Shown in pieces: positions 43,631-54,885 of a stretch of 64,000 nt of DNA (within the stretch, counting starts at the first letter, position 1; the number at the start of each line of letters is the position of its first letter). The stretch covers positions 28,613 to 92,612 of the forward strand of contig CAZDQF010000017.1 in the NCBI GenBank assembly GCA_964507445.1, read 5' to 3'. The notes under the pieces are model-generated. The model saw only the letters and a list, made by a program, of their open reading frames with translations. It was not told the origin of the DNA and did no database searches. A program made the position numbers and the translations under genes. Origin of the DNA: an uncultured Isosphaeraceae bacterium. Lineage in GTDB: Bacteria > Planctomycetota > GCA-002687715.

Positions 43631-45556
43631 CTACCAGGTGAACGTGAGCTCAGCGAACGCGTGCCACAGCAGATCGTCGCTCTCGTAGATCTTCCGCAAC
43701 CCACCGCCGGGCCTGAGCACAGAGCCACCGAAGGTGAAGATGATGTTGTTGGTCAACAGCGGCCGGTACTGGACCCCCATGAGGGCCTCCACGCCGATGT
43801 CACGGGGGATCTCCTCCAGCTCCACCAACGTCTCCAGCGGGTTGGTGGTGGCGAAGCGCAGCCCCTGAATCGCGGCCGTCATCTTCACCGTCGGGGTGAG
43901 CTCGATGTCCGTGCCGATGCCGTAGATGGCGATGCCCGGATTGACGAACGCCGCCTGCCCCTCGAACTTGGACGCCTGCAGGTCCGCCAGCGGGCTCAGC
44001 CTGTTGGTCAGGAAGGTCCCGAACAGGGGCACCGCCTGACGGTTCCAGTAGGAGAACTCGCCGCCGGCGAAGTTGGGAGCGTCCACGATGGCGTCGAATC
44101 CGCCGCCCTTGCCGTCTCGCGCGTCGTGGTCGCCAGACCCGTAGAACACGTAGGCCTTGAGCCGGAACCAGTCCCAGTCATAGGAGACCTCCACGGCCGC
44201 CAGCTGCGCGTCGATGTCGATCTCCCGCGCGGCGATGGGGTCTTCCGTGTCGTGCCCCCAGACCTGGTAGACGGCCCCCGTGAGGTTGAAGCGTCCGATG
44301 TGGCCGTCGAACGCCCACCCCAGGTAGTAGGTGTCGATCTCGTGCTCCTGGAAGCTCCCGATGGGGGTCGGTCGCGTCAGGAAGTCGTTGTCGTTGAAGT
44401 GGACCCCGCCGCCGTCGTGGCTCCAATGGAACGACAGCTCCTGATTGAATCCCTTGAAGGGGAAGTCGAAGCGGTAGACGTTGGCGATCAGCACCTCCTG
44501 GTTGCGATCATCGAACGTGTTGAGCTCCGAGTTGGTGTTCTTCTCCAGCAGGTGGAAGTAGGCCAGGTTGTACTGCCACTTGTTGTCGTCCGCGTTGCCG
44601 AAGATCCGGGCGCCCAGATTCACGTCGTCAAAGATGAAGCCTCGGAAGTCACTCCGAAACTCGAGGATCCCCGCCTCGAAAGACAAGAAGTCGTAGCGGT
44701 CGTTCCAGTCCAGCAGGTGGATCTCGATGAACGCTTCTTCCAGCGCGATGTCGTCGGTCAGGCGATCCGTGCCCTGCCCGGGGTTGATGTTGACCCCGCC
44801 GGTCTCTTCCAGGTTCAGGTAGGTGACGTTGGCGGCGAGGACCGCCTTCAACCGCCAGTCCACGGGCTTGAAGAACTGCTGGCCCTTGAAGATGTCGATC
44901 TCCAGGGCGGTGATGTTCAGGAGGAAGTCCTGGTTCCCGTCACCGAAGAAGGGCTCGTTGTTGGGAACGGGGCCGGTGTTCCCGGTGCCGATGGGCACCT
45001 TGCGCGTCTCCAGGATGGAGAAGCTCTCCAGCTCCAGGGAGAGGAACACGTCATCGCCGATGATGGGGTAGTCCCCCTTCAGCGTGTTCAGGTTGTACGG
45101 GTCGAGGGAGCTCTTCCCCTTGTTGATCACGTAGGCGGGGTTGAACAGGGGGACCGGGTCAATGGCCCAGCGATCAGGCATGGGCTCGAAGTGACGCGGC
45201 TTCTCCTGGGGAGCGGTCACCGGCTTGCTCTCGGCGACGGTCACCGGCTTGCTCTCGGCGACGGCCACCGGCTTGCTCTCGGCGACGGCCACCAGCTTGC
45301 TCTCGGCGACGGCCACCGGCTTGCTCTCGGCGACGGCCACCGGCTTGCTCTCGGCGACGGCCACCGGCTTGCTCGACGCCACCGGACGGTCAACCGCCAC
45401 GGGGTCCGACCCAACCCGCGAGCCCACCATGGTCGGCTCAGGATGCGGAGGGTCCTCCGGCGGGGGCCGGTGCCCAGCGCTGGAGCAGGCCGCAACCAAC
45501 AACACGCAACCCCCAAGGCACGACCGCCCCAGGAATCTCCGCGAGCTTGTATCCAT
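43631..45556 (-). CDS. Putative outer-membrane beta-barrel (porin-like) lipoprotein with an N-terminal (ESKPVAVA)n repeat
   Basis: Lipobox LLVAAC; a G/D/N/aromatic-rich body with alternating hydrophobics; C-terminal …AFAELTFTW-COOH, the aromatic terminus typical of OMPs. It ends 12 nt upstream of the lipoprotein cytochrome gene. Confidence 0.6.
   Translation of the reverse strand: MDTSSRRFLGRSCLGGCVLLVAACSSAGHRPPPEDPPHPEPTMVGSRVGSDPVAVDRPVASSKPVAVAESKPVAVAESKPVAVAESKLVAVAESKPVAVAESKPVTVAESKPVTAPQEKPRHFEPMPDRWAIDPVPLFNPAYVINKGKSSLDPYNLNTLKGDYPIIGDDVFLSLELESFSILETRKVPIGTGNTGPVPNNEPFFGDGNQDFLLNITALEIDIFKGQQFFKPVDWRLKAVLAANVTYLNLEETGGVNINPGQGTDRLTDDIALEEAFIEIHLLDWNDRYDFLSFEAGILEFRSDFRGFIFDDVNLGARIFGNADDNKWQYNLAYFHLLEKNTNSELNTFDDRNQEVLIANVYRFDFPFKGFNQELSFHWSHDGGGVHFNDNDFLTRPTPIGSFQEHEIDTYYLGWAFDGHIGRFNLTGAVYQVWGHDTEDPIAAREIDIDAQLAAVEVSYDWDWFRLKAYVFYGSGDHDARDGKGGGFDAIVDAPNFAGGEFSYWNRQAVPLFGTFLTNRLSPLADLQASKFEGQAAFVNPGIAIYGIGTDIELTPTVKMTAAIQGLRFATTNPLETLVELEEIPRDIGVEALMGVQYRPLLTNNIIFTFGGSVLRPGGGLRKIYESDDLLWHAFAELTFTW
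45205..45394. repeat. About 7 copies of a 24-bp tandem repeat (ctcggcgacggccaccggcttgct) encoding ESKPVAVA
   Basis: Read from the sequence; coding, in frame. Confidence 0.75.
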
Positions 45557-45767
45557 GGCCCCTCTCTCCTTTGGCCGCCCCGGCTCTGGTCACCGCAGGT
45601 CCTCGCAGGAACACGGATGCGCCCCGGGCCTGCACAAGCTAATTCCGCGGCTGCCCCCCGTCAAAGAGAACCGGTCGGCCGCGTCCTGCCGCAGTGGCGC
45701 ACGGCGGGTGCTTGGCATAGCCTGTAGCCGTCGCAGGCAGGAGGAACCAAGAGGGGGATTCTGAGCG

Positions 45768-47498
45768 ATGAGAGAGAACTGCGTCCTGATCCGGCCGGCG
45801 GTCACCGTGCTGCTGATGCTGTGCCTCGGCACCACCCTCGGTTGCGGAGGCGCCGGCGGAGATGTGCCCGGGCAGTTGTTCTCCCCCGACTTCGGGACCG
45901 TAGATCCCCTGACGGCGGCGGACGTTCAGCTCATCGTCGAACGCGCGGTCGCCTCCATCGCGGCTCCCGATTTCCACGTGGCGGTCGTGGACCGACGCGG
46001 ATTTCCTCTCGCCGCGTTCAGCACCGCCGGCCCCGCCATCACCGACGAGGCGAACATCGCCCTGAGCCTCGCCCGCACCACGGCGTTCTTCTCCAACAGC
46101 CAGGCGCCGTTGACGTCGCGCACGGTCCAGGCCATCTCCACCTTCCACTTCCCGGCCACCTTCGGCAACGCCTTCGTACCCTCGGTCTGTCCCACCTCGG
46201 GGGTCGCCGGGTGCATGGACACGGCCATCGCTCCGCAGCAGGCCACCACCGGAGTGGACGGGACCCCGCAAGGGCCCCTGTGGCAGATCAACGCCACCAA
46301 CCGGGGGGCTCCCATCGCCGATCCGGATGGGCTCCCCAACTTCAACCTCCCGGTACAGACCGTCCGCCCGACGTTCTTCAACCCGGGACAGCAGTACCCG
46401 CGGTCCACCAACCTGGACGGCACGTTCCCGAGCCCCGGCATCACGGTGCTGCCCGGAGCCGTCCCCCTGTACAAGGACAACCTGGAGGGGACCATGAAGC
46501 GGCTGGTGGGCGGCGTCGGTGTCTTCATCCGGCCCGGCGGCGCCGCCGCGGACCCGGACATCCTGGGGGCGGAGTTCGCCGCGTTGAGCGGAGCCACCGG
46601 CGTCCCCGCTGGGGGGCCCACAGACTTCCGTCTGCCGGGGGTCCCCAACACGGGCGCGGTCTACCTGAACGGCATCCTCCTGCCCAACGTGGAGCAGACC
46701 ACCCTGCCCGCCGGCGCAGCGCCAGGGGCCCCGCCGCCACCGCCGGGTGACCCGCTCTGGATCGTGAACCCCATGGCCGGCGATGTCCCTGCCGACGGCT
46801 ACCTCATCGGCCCCCGGGCCAGCATGGAACCCAACGGGCCCACCCTCGCGGAGGTCATGCAGGTCATCGACCAGTGCCAGGCGACGGCGGACCTGAACCG
46901 CTCCGCCATCCGCCTTCCTCTGGGCAGCACCTCCAAGATCATCGCCACCGTGGTGGATACACGGGGCCTGATCCTCGCCCACTTCCGTATGGAGGACACC
47001 CTGACGGACGCCGTGGACGTGGTCCCCGCGAAGGCCCGCACCGTGGCCTACTACAGCCAACCCGGCGGTCCAGCGGCAGCGGATCAGTGGCCCGGGTTCC
47101 CCGTGGACCCGGTGAACGGGGTCGCCGTCACCACCACAGCCCTCGGCTTCCTGTCCCAGCCCTACTACCCGCCGGGCATCAGCTCCTCCGGCGTCCAGGG
47201 CCCCCTGTTCCCGCGCGCCGTGGACAACCAGCTCCCCGTGCAGGCCACCCTCATGGGCGCCGCGCCGCCGGACCCGGGCTACCAGAACGGCCTGATCTTC
47301 TTCCCGGGGGCGGTCCCCCTCTACCGCAACGGGGTGCTCATCGGCGCCCTCGGGGTCTCCGGAGACGGGGTCGAGAACAACGACTTCATCGCCGCCGGAG
47401 GAGCGGTCTCCTTCGAGCCTCCCCCGGCCCTCCGGATCGACAACTTCTTCTTCGACGGGGTGCGGATCCCCTACCTGAAGTTCCCCACCAACCCCTGA
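45768..47498 (+). CDS. Lipoprotein with two GlcG/HbpS-like (DUF336, haem/tetrapyrrole-binding-type) domains
   Basis: Lipobox LGCG; two copies of the GAVPL(Y)…GVSG…D…A motif (GAVPLYKDN…LVGGVGVF and GAVPLYRNGVLIGALGVSGDGVENNDFIAAGG). It is divergent from the porin-cytochrome operon. Confidence 0.55.
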   Translation: MRENCVLIRPAVTVLLMLCLGTTLGCGGAGGDVPGQLFSPDFGTVDPLTAADVQLIVERAVASIAAPDFHVAVVDRRGFPLAAFSTAGPAITDEANIALSLARTTAFFSNSQAPLTSRTVQAISTFHFPATFGNAFVPSVCPTSGVAGCMDTAIAPQQATTGVDGTPQGPLWQINATNRGAPIADPDGLPNFNLPVQTVRPTFFNPGQQYPRSTNLDGTFPSPGITVLPGAVPLYKDNLEGTMKRLVGGVGVFIRPGGAAADPDILGAEFAALSGATGVPAGGPTDFRLPGVPNTGAVYLNGILLPNVEQTTLPAGAAPGAPPPPPGDPLWIVNPMAGDVPADGYLIGPRASMEPNGPTLAEVMQVIDQCQATADLNRSAIRLPLGSTSKIIATVVDTRGLILAHFRMEDTLTDAVDVVPAKARTVAYYSQPGGPAAADQWPGFPVDPVNGVAVTTTALGFLSQPYYPPGISSSGVQGPLFPRAVDNQLPVQATLMGAAPPDPGYQNGLIFFPGAVPLYRNGVLIGALGVSGDGVENNDFIAAGGAVSFEPPPALRIDNFFFDGVRIPYLKFPTNP

Positions 47499-47589
47499 CC
47501 CCGCCAGCGGGGACACGATGCGCCCCGCTGATTCTCCCCCTTGGCGACGGTGCTCCAGGTCCTAAAGTGACGGACACGGAGGCCGTCCC

Positions 47590-49110
47590 ATGAGAGATCT
47601 GCTCAGAGAGTTGGGTGTTGAAGAGGTCAGCCACGGAGCCCACGACGGTGCCCGCTGGCTGGAGACCGATGGGGGCGATGAGCTCGTCTCCCACTGCCCG
47701 GCCACCGGGGAGCCCATCGGCAAGGTGATTCAGGCCAACGAGGCCACCTACGAGCGGCTCATGGAGCAGGCCCAGGAGGGGTTCCGCAAGTGGCGATCCA
47801 TGCCCGCCCCCGCCCGGGGCGAGGTGGTGCGCCAGATCGGCAACGCCCTGCGGGAGAAGAAGGAGCCCCTGGGCCGGCTGGTCAGCCTGGAGATGGGCAA
47901 GATCTACACCGAGGGCCAGGGTGAGGTGCAGGAGATGATCGACATCGCGGACTTCGCGGTGGGGCTCTCCAGGCAGCTCTACGGCCTCACCATGCAGAGC
48001 GAACGACCCGGTCACCGCATGTACGAACAGTGGCACCCCCTCGGCGTCATCGGCATCGTCACCGCGTTCAACTTCCCCGTGGCGGTGTGGGCATGGAACG
48101 CCATGATCGCCGGCGCCTGCGGCGACGCCATGATCTGGAAGCCCTCCTCCAAGACCCCCCTGTGCGCCGTCGCTACCCAGAAGATCATCGAGCCCATCGT
48201 CAAGGAGCACGGCATCGAAGGCGTGTTCTCCATGATCATCGGTCGCGGCTCCTCCGTGGGCGAGAAGCTCATCAGCGATCGCCGGGTCCCCCTGGTCTCC
48301 GCCACCGGGTCCTGCCGCATGGGCAGACGCATCGGTGAGGTGGTCAGCAAGCGCCTGGGCCGCAGCCTCCTGGAGCTCGGCGGCAACAACGGCATCATCG
48401 TCATGGACGACGCGGACCCCGAGCTGGTGCTGCGCGCCGTCCTCTTCGGCGCCGTGGGCACCGCGGGACAACGCTGCACCTCCACCAGGCGCCTCTTCCT
48501 CCACGAGAAGATCCACGATCAGGTGCTGGACCGTCTGGGGAAGGCCTACGGTTCGGTGAAGATCGGCGATCCGCTGGACTCAGAGACCGTCATGGGTCCG
48601 CTCATCGACGACGGCGCGGTGAAGGAATACGAAGACGCCATCACCCAGGCCGCGGATGAAGGCGGAGAGGTCCTGTGCGGAGGCTCGAGGGTCGGCGGCA
48701 CCGGCAGCTACGTACGCCCCACCATCATCAAGGCCCACAAGGACATGAAGATCGTCCGCGAAGAGACCTTCGCCCCGATCCTCTACGTGTTCCGTATCCG
48801 GTCCTTCGACGAGGCCCTCGAGATCCACAACTCCGTGGACCAGGGCCTGTCATCCGCGGTGTTCACCAACAACCTGCTGACCGCCGAGCGCTGGCTCTCC
48901 CCGGCGGGCTCCGACTGCGGCATCGCCAACGTCAACATCGGCACCTCGGGCGCCGAGATCGGCGGCGCCTTCGGCGGCGAGAAGGACACGGGCGGCGGAC
49001 GGGAAGCAGGCTCCGACTCCTGGAAGACCTACATGCGTCGCCAGACCGTCACCATCAACTACACGGACGACCTCCCCCTGGCCCAGGGGGTCAGCTTCGA
49101 CGTCGACTGA
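47590..49110 (+). CDS. Aldehyde dehydrogenase, ALDH7/AmaB-like (alpha-aminoadipic/piperideine-6-carboxylate semialdehyde dehydrogenase type)
   Basis: …SLEMGKI…, LELGGNN, catalytic Cys in GQRCTS, 506 aa. The subfamily assignment is from memory. Confidence 0.75.
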   Translation: MRDLLRELGVEEVSHGAHDGARWLETDGGDELVSHCPATGEPIGKVIQANEATYERLMEQAQEGFRKWRSMPAPARGEVVRQIGNALREKKEPLGRLVSLEMGKIYTEGQGEVQEMIDIADFAVGLSRQLYGLTMQSERPGHRMYEQWHPLGVIGIVTAFNFPVAVWAWNAMIAGACGDAMIWKPSSKTPLCAVATQKIIEPIVKEHGIEGVFSMIIGRGSSVGEKLISDRRVPLVSATGSCRMGRRIGEVVSKRLGRSLLELGGNNGIIVMDDADPELVLRAVLFGAVGTAGQRCTSTRRLFLHEKIHDQVLDRLGKAYGSVKIGDPLDSETVMGPLIDDGAVKEYEDAITQAADEGGEVLCGGSRVGGTGSYVRPTIIKAHKDMKIVREETFAPILYVFRIRSFDEALEIHNSVDQGLSSAVFTNNLLTAERWLSPAGSDCGIANVNIGTSGAEIGGAFGGEKDTGGGREAGSDSWKTYMRRQTVTINYTDDLPLAQGVSFDVD

Positions 49111-49236
49111 CCCCGCGCCCCCCGCTGCCTCCCGGACCTGCGGTGAGGCAGCGGCCTGAGGCCGGGAATATCCCCGAGGACGGCCCTCGCCACGGCACCC
49201 GGGCGCGCACGCCGCAAGTCGCGTATGTTCTGTGCC

Positions 49237-50934
49237 ATGACTCGAATCCTGCTGGCCACGTTGCTGCTCGTCACGACGGGGGGCGCCCAGACCCGCGACG
49301 CCCCTGACCCCAAGTGGACCGTGTATCACGACACCGCCGCGGCCCACGGCATGCTCGAGGAATGGAGCGTCCGGCATCCCCGGCTGTGCCGGTTGATCGA
49401 CATCGGACGCACCCTCAAGGGTACGCCGCTGCTGGTGCTCGAGATCACCAACCAGGACACGGGATCGGGTGACACCAAGCCCGGCTACTACTACGACGGC
49501 AACATCCACTCGTCCGAGCTGACCGGGTGCGAGGTGGTGCTGCGGTTCGCCGATCACGTCCTCACCTCGTATTCCCGGGGGCACGAGCGCAGCAAGCGAC
49601 TGCTCGACACCCGGGTCCTGTACCTGCGCCCCAAGTTCAACCCCGACGGCGCGGACCTCGCCCTGCACACCATCCATGGCCCGCGCAGCACGCCGCGGCC
49701 TTACGACCAGGACGCTGACGGGCTGTTGGATGAAGACCCTCCCAACGACCTGGATGGGGACGGCTTCGCGACCCGCATGCGGCGCCAGAACCCCAAGGGA
49801 GCCTGGCGCACGCACTCGGAAGAGCCCTCCCTCATGGTGCGCCGCCGCAAGGGCGACAAGGACGGCCCGTTCTACGACGTGTGGTCCGAGGGCATCGACG
49901 ACGACGGCGACGGCGAGATCAACGAGGACGGCGTCGGCGGCATCGACATGAACCGCAACTTCCCCCGCAACTGGGGCATGGAATTCGAGCAGCGGGGCGC
50001 CGGCCCGTACCCGCTGTCGGAGCCCGAGACCCGGGCCACGGTGGAGTTCTTCCAGTCACACAAGAACATCACCGGCGCCTTCCACGGCCACACCAGCGGC
50101 GGGTTCCTCTACCGGCTCCCGTCCACGGCCCCCTGGGACACGTTCCATCCCCTCGATCAGGCGCTGATCACGGAGCTGGCGGACGGCTACGCCAACACCA
50201 CCGGACAACCGGTGCGACCCAGCTACACCAACCCCAAGGTCCACCGCCACGGCACCCTGATCTCCTGGCTCTACTGGGATCGGGGCATGGTGGGTACGGT
50301 CCCCGAGTTCTGGGGCGGCATCCGCTCGTCGGCGGACCCGAAGAAGCGAGCCAGCGAGCTGGAACGATTCCGTTACGACCGGGATCACCTGGGGAGCGCC
50401 CACTTCGCCCCGTGGAAGAAGATCCAGCACCCGGCGCTCGGTGAGGTGGAGGTGGGCGGTTGGCGTGGTCGGTTCATCTCCAGCAACCCGCCGCCGTCCC
50501 TTCTGTCGGAGGAGACCGCGCGCTACATCCCGTGGATGGTCCAGCTGGCGGAGGTGGCCCCGCGCGTGGAGCTGGAAGACCTCAAGGTAGCGGCCCTCGG
50601 GGACGACCGGTACGAGGTCATCGCCACGGCACGCAACACCGGATACCTCCCGACCTTCCTCACCCAACGAGCCCTGGACAGCGAGATCGCCGTTCCGGTC
50701 CGGGCCCTGTTGACCATGCACGGAGCGAAGCTCGTCAGCGGCGATGGTCGCGGCGTCATGGGGCACCTCGTTGGGCAACGCCATGGCCTGCGGGCCATCA
50801 AGCGATCGGGACCTGCGGCGTCATCCGCCACGGTCCGGTGGCTCGTCAAGAAGACCGCGGCCTCCGCCACCGTCACGGTCACCGTGGTCTCCGAGAAGGG
50901 GGGCGTGGCGCGAGAGACCGCGCCCCTCCGCTGA
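49237..50934 (+). CDS. Secreted M14-family zinc carboxypeptidase
   Basis: Signal peptide; zinc-ligand HxxE (GNIHSSELTG), …IDMNRNF…, …FHGHTSGG…; the track ORF opens at 49225. Confidence 0.75.
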   Translation: MTRILLATLLLVTTGGAQTRDAPDPKWTVYHDTAAAHGMLEEWSVRHPRLCRLIDIGRTLKGTPLLVLEITNQDTGSGDTKPGYYYDGNIHSSELTGCEVVLRFADHVLTSYSRGHERSKRLLDTRVLYLRPKFNPDGADLALHTIHGPRSTPRPYDQDADGLLDEDPPNDLDGDGFATRMRRQNPKGAWRTHSEEPSLMVRRRKGDKDGPFYDVWSEGIDDDGDGEINEDGVGGIDMNRNFPRNWGMEFEQRGAGPYPLSEPETRATVEFFQSHKNITGAFHGHTSGGFLYRLPSTAPWDTFHPLDQALITELADGYANTTGQPVRPSYTNPKVHRHGTLISWLYWDRGMVGTVPEFWGGIRSSADPKKRASELERFRYDRDHLGSAHFAPWKKIQHPALGEVEVGGWRGRFISSNPPPSLLSEETARYIPWMVQLAEVAPRVELEDLKVAALGDDRYEVIATARNTGYLPTFLTQRALDSEIAVPVRALLTMHGAKLVSGDGRGVMGHLVGQRHGLRAIKRSGPAASSATVRWLVKKTAASATVTVTVVSEKGGVARETAPLR

Positions 50935-50940
50935 CGGGCG

Positions 50941-52086
50941 TCAGATCCAGTCGTTGACCCGGTCCCACCGACCGACCACCTCGTCCCCGTCCGTGACGTG
51001 GTAGCCGGAGTACGCGGCGGCGGTCATGCACGCGTGGTTGGGCAGGATCATGAGACGGGTCCCCAGGGGCAGGGAGCGCGGGTCGGCGCCGGGGCCGCGG
51101 ATCAGGCCGTGCTCCTGGTAGGCGTCCTCCACCTTGAGCCCCTCGAGCAATCGCCCATGCAGGTCGGTGACCAGGCCGTAGCCACAGTCTCCTCCCGGCC
51201 CCAGGTCCCGGGTGCTGCGGTCCTTGGAGAGGGCCATGCCACCGGCGTCCACCAGGACCGTACCGAACTGCGGCTGGTGCCCGATGACCGTGGTCAGCAC
51301 CACGGCGCCGATGTCCTCGAGGGAGCAGCAGCCGAGGGCGGCCTGATAGAGATCATGGAACACACAGACACCCGCCCTCGCCTCGGTGACCCCGTCCATG
51401 TGGGCCGCGTGGGTGAGGGTCGGCGTGGAGCCCACGGAGATGATCTCGCAGGGGCTCCCCTCGTGCGCGCAGCGCTCCGCCGCCGTCACCGCCGCCGCCC
51501 GCTCCTGCTCGGCGATCTCCGCGATCTCTTTCGATGAACGCGCGCCGTAGGCGTGCCCCCCGTGGGTGAACACACCGCCGAACGCCACGCCCTCGTGGTC
51601 GTTCAGCCGCCGCGCCAGGGCAGGCATATCGGGATCATCCGGGGACAACCCGGAGCGGTGTTCGCCGCAGTCGATCTCCAGCAGGACGTCGAACACCACA
51701 CCGGACTCCCGGGCCGTCTCCTCCACCGCCGCCGCCGCCGCCACGCTGTCCACCGCGAGGCGGAGGGTGACGCCGCTCCGCGCCAGCTCGGCGGCCCGGG
51801 GGAGCTTGTCCGGGGTGACGCAGACCGCGTACAGGATGTCCGAGAACTCGTGTCCCGCGAAATACTCGGCCTCCTTCAGCGTGGAGACGGTGATCCCGTG
51901 CGAAGAAGCCGACGGGATCATGCGGGCGATGTCCGCGGACTTGGCGGTCTTCAGATGAGGGCGGAAGCGGACCCCCAGGTCCCGGCAGCGTGCCTCCGCC
52001 CGCCCCACGTTGGCCGCGACGCGCTCGCGACGAACCACCAGCGCCGGTGTCTGAACCTGTTGCAGGCTACTTCCGCAAGAGGTCAC
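50941..52086 (-). CDS. DSD1/alanine-racemase-N-domain family PLP enzyme (D-serine dehydratase-like or D-threonine aldolase-like)
   Basis: …[38 protein letters not shown]… (PLP-Lys in HLKTAK) and a C-terminal DSD1-type beta domain. The start overlaps the tkt 3' end by about 20 nt and is uncertain. Confidence 0.7.
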   Translation of the reverse strand: MTSCGSSLQQVQTPALVVRRERVAANVGRAEARCRDLGVRFRPHLKTAKSADIARMIPSASSHGITVSTLKEAEYFAGHEFSDILYAVCVTPDKLPRAAELARSGVTLRLAVDSVAAAAAVEETARESGVVFDVLLEIDCGEHRSGLSPDDPDMPALARRLNDHEGVAFGGVFTHGGHAYGARSSKEIAEIAEQERAAAVTAAERCAHEGSPCEIISVGSTPTLTHAAHMDGVTEARAGVCVFHDLYQAALGCCSLEDIGAVVLTTVIGHQPQFGTVLVDAGGMALSKDRSTRDLGPGGDCGYGLVTDLHGRLLEGLKVEDAYQEHGLIRGPGADPRSLPLGTRLMILPNHACMTAAAYSGYHVTDGDEVVGRWDRVNDWI

Positions 52087-54067
52087 GGGTCACGCGGGCC
52101 ACGTTCTCAGCGGTGAGGCCGAACTTCTCGAACAGGGTCTGCCACGGCGCCGACGCCCCGAACCGGTCAACGGTCACGAAGGCCCCATCAGGCCCGACCC
52201 ATCGATCCCAGCCCTGGCGGATACCCGCCTCGACCGCGACCCGGGCCGTCACTGCGGACGGCAACACGGACTCGCGATACGCCGCGTCCTGAGCCTCGAA
52301 CAGCTCGAACGAGGGCATGCTCACGACGCGAGCGGACACCCCCTCGCCGGCGAGGGCCGTGGCTGCATCGAGGGCCACCGCCACCTCGGAGCCCGTGGCG
52401 AGCAGGATGATATCCGGGTCCCCGTCCCCGCCATCCCGGACCACGTAGGCGCCGCGAGCCAGACCATCCGCGGGGCCGGTCGTGGAGCGATCCAGGGTGG
52501 GCAGATTCTGGCGGGTCAGGACCAGCGCGCAGGGACCCTCCGTCTCCATGGCGACCTTCCAGGCCTCACGGGTCTCGTTGCCGTCGCACGGACGGATCAC
52601 GGACAAGCCGGGGATGGCCCGCAGGGCGGCCAGGTGCTCCACCGGCTGGTGGGTGGGCCCGTCCTCCCCCAATCCGATGGAGTCGTGGGTGAAGATGTAG
52701 CGGGTGTTGAGCCCCATGAGGGCGGCCAGCCGGATGGCGGGCCGCATGTAGTCGCTGAACACGAGGAAGGTGGCGCCGTAGGGGATCACGCCGCCATGCA
52801 GCGCCATCCCGTTCATGATGGAGCCCATGCCGTGCTCGCGGACGCCGTAGTGAACGTTGTTGGGGACGCCCTCCCCCTGGTCGAACGACGCCTTGTCCTT
52901 CTGCCACGAGTTGTTGGACCCGGCCAGGTCGCAGGACCCTCCCACCAGATTGGCCACGCTGGCCGCCACGGCGTTGAGCACCTGACCGCTGGCCTTGCGT
53001 GTGGGGACCCCCTTGGGGTCGGGGCTGAACACCGGCAGCTCCGCGTCCCAGCCGTCGGGGAGGTCTCCGGCGAGGGTGGACTCCAGCGCTCGCGCCGCCT
53101 CCGGATGCGCGGCCTTGTACGCCTCGAGGCGCTCTCCCCACTCCGCCCACAGGGTGGCGCCACGGTCGCACACCTCAGCGGCCAGGGCGCTCACCGACTC
53201 CGGCACATGGAAGGGCTCATTGGGGAGACCGAGGATCTCCTTCGTCCTGGCGATCTCATCGTCCCCGAGGGGCGCCCCGTGAGCCCCGGAGGTGTCCTGC
53301 TTGTTCGGCGCGGGGTATCCGATGACCGTACGCAAACGGATCATGGAGGGGCGCGAGGTCTCCGCCGCCGCCGCGTTGGCCGCGGCCTCGATGGCGTCCA
53401 GGTCATTGCCGTCCTCCACGGTGGCGGTGTGCCACCCGTAGGACTCATACCGCGCGAGCACGTCCTCGGTGAAGCTGAGGTCGGTGCCGCCGTCGATGGT
53501 GATCCGGTTGTCGTCCCAGAACACGATCAGCTTGCCAAGGCCCAGGTGCCCGGCGAGGGAGGACGCCTCGGACGCCACGCCCTCCATGATGTCTCCATCG
53601 GAGGCGATGACCCAGACTCGATGATCGAAGAGCTCGTGCCCCGGCCGGTTGAAACGGGCCGCCAGGTGCCGCTCCGCCATGGCCATGCCCACGGCGTTGC
53701 CGATGCCCTGACCGAGCGGCCCCGTGGTGGTCTCCACGCCGGGGGTGTGCCCGTACTCCGGGTGCCCCGGCGTCCGGCTGTCCCACTGGCGAAAGTCCTT
53801 GATGTCCTGCAGGGAGACGTCGTAACCGCTCAGATGAAGCAGCGCGTACTGCAGCATGGAGGCGTGCCCGCAGGACAGCACGAACCGATCCCGATCCGGC
53901 CACTCCGGGTGACGCGGGTCATGCCGCCGGACCCGGCTGAACAGGACATGGCCCACGGGAGCCAACGCCATGGGTGTTCCTGGGTGACCGGAGTTGGCCG
54001 CCTGCACGGCGTCCATGGAAAGACACCTGACGGCGTCTACTGCTGCCTGATCTTGTGCGGGGGACAT
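52067..54067 (-). CDS. tkt: Transketolase
   Basis: TPP motif …GHPG…, GDGDIMEG, …[18 protein letters not shown]…; ATG at 54067 (the track ORF opens at 54115). Confidence 0.9.
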   Translation of the reverse strand: MSPAQDQAAVDAVRCLSMDAVQAANSGHPGTPMALAPVGHVLFSRVRRHDPRHPEWPDRDRFVLSCGHASMLQYALLHLSGYDVSLQDIKDFRQWDSRTPGHPEYGHTPGVETTTGPLGQGIGNAVGMAMAERHLAARFNRPGHELFDHRVWVIASDGDIMEGVASEASSLAGHLGLGKLIVFWDDNRITIDGGTDLSFTEDVLARYESYGWHTATVEDGNDLDAIEAAANAAAAETSRPSMIRLRTVIGYPAPNKQDTSGAHGAPLGDDEIARTKEILGLPNEPFHVPESVSALAAEVCDRGATLWAEWGERLEAYKAAHPEAARALESTLAGDLPDGWDAELPVFSPDPKGVPTRKASGQVLNAVAASVANLVGGSCDLAGSNNSWQKDKASFDQGEGVPNNVHYGVREHGMGSIMNGMALHGGVIPYGATFLVFSDYMRPAIRLAALMGLNTRYIFTHDSIGLGEDGPTHQPVEHLAALRAIPGLSVIRPCDGNETREAWKVAMETEGPCALVLTRQNLPTLDRSTTGPADGLARGAYVVRDGGDGDPDIILLATGSEVAVALDAATALAGEGVSARVVSMPSFELFEAQDAAYRESVLPSAVTARVAVEAGIRQGWDRWVGPDGAFVTVDRFGASAPWQTLFEKFGLTAENVARVTRDLLRK

Positions 54068-54444
54068 CGCGCAACCTCCCCGGAGGTCCTCTGCCTCCGG
54101 ACGTCGTTGTACCACGCACGGAACGAGTCAGAACCTCGCCCAAGAAACGCGCCCCGGGGATTGATTGTGGAGAACCTCACCCGCCCCGCGCGCCTCGCCT
54201 TCTGCACGTCTTCGTGCACGCCAGCGAACCGGCCACCGTCCCCTCGGGAGGACAGTCCCGCCGTCCGTGCGGACGGGCAGCAGCGGTGGATGGGGCCAGA
54301 AGTGACTGCTCAACAGTCTCTTGAGACCGGCCAGGGGCCATCCGACCGTCCCCGGCACGGCGGGTGCTCTTCTCTTCAACCCGGGCCGGTGACGACGCGG
54401 TCTGAAGAAGCCCGTCGTGACCGGACCCGCAAGGAGACAGGACG

Positions 54445-54885
54445 ATGAAGACACGAATCACCATGCTCGCCCTCGCCGGGCTCCTCGCCCTGTCTCTCGC
54501 CCCGACGGCCGCGGCCCAGGGAGGCATCAGCCTCTCGTTCGGGAAGCACAAGAAGGGCAAACACATCGGCTTGAACATCAACCTGCCCCTCGGACACGGC
54601 CGTCGGCACCACCGCCAGCCCCATGTCCACGTCCATGGTCACGCCTGCCGTCACTGGGTCGCGGGACGGGTCGAGCTCGTCCAGGAGAAGGTCTGGGTCC
54701 CCGGCTGCAGCCGCCAGGTCTGGATCGCCCCGGTCTACCGCACGGACCATGACGCCTGCGGGCACCCGGTCCAGGTGCTCGTGACCCCGGGACGCTATCA
54801 GACCGTGACCCAGCCAGGACGATTCGAGGTGCGACCGCGGCGGGTCCAGCGCCCCGGTCACTGGGTGTACGTCTGCGGGCGCTGA
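54445..54885 (+). CDS. Small secreted His/Arg-rich, 4-Cys protein of unknown function
   Basis: Signal peptide (MKTRITMLALAGLLALSLAPTAAAQG); a His-rich stretch HGRRHHRQPHVHVHGHACRHW. Confidence 0.5.
   Translation: MKTRITMLALAGLLALSLAPTAAAQGGISLSFGKHKKGKHIGLNINLPLGHGRRHHRQPHVHVHGHACRHWVAGRVELVQEKVWVPGCSRQVWIAPVYRTDHDACGHPVQVLVTPGRYQTVTQPGRFEVRPRRVQRPGHWVYVCGR

Noticed and set aside
45716-45735. TGGCAT-N-GTAGC element upstream of the GlcG-like gene, considered as a sigma-54 promoter
   Set aside because: The GG/GC spacing is off by one from the -24/-12 consensus and the -12 element is poor. I keep it only as a weak possibility.
50931-50944. Palindrome ctgacgggcgtcag between the convergent M14 peptidase and DSD1 genes, considered as a bidirectional terminator
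   Set aside because: A 6-bp stem with a 2-nt loop is sterically implausible and there is no U-tract. It is more likely a coincidence of two facing TGA stops.
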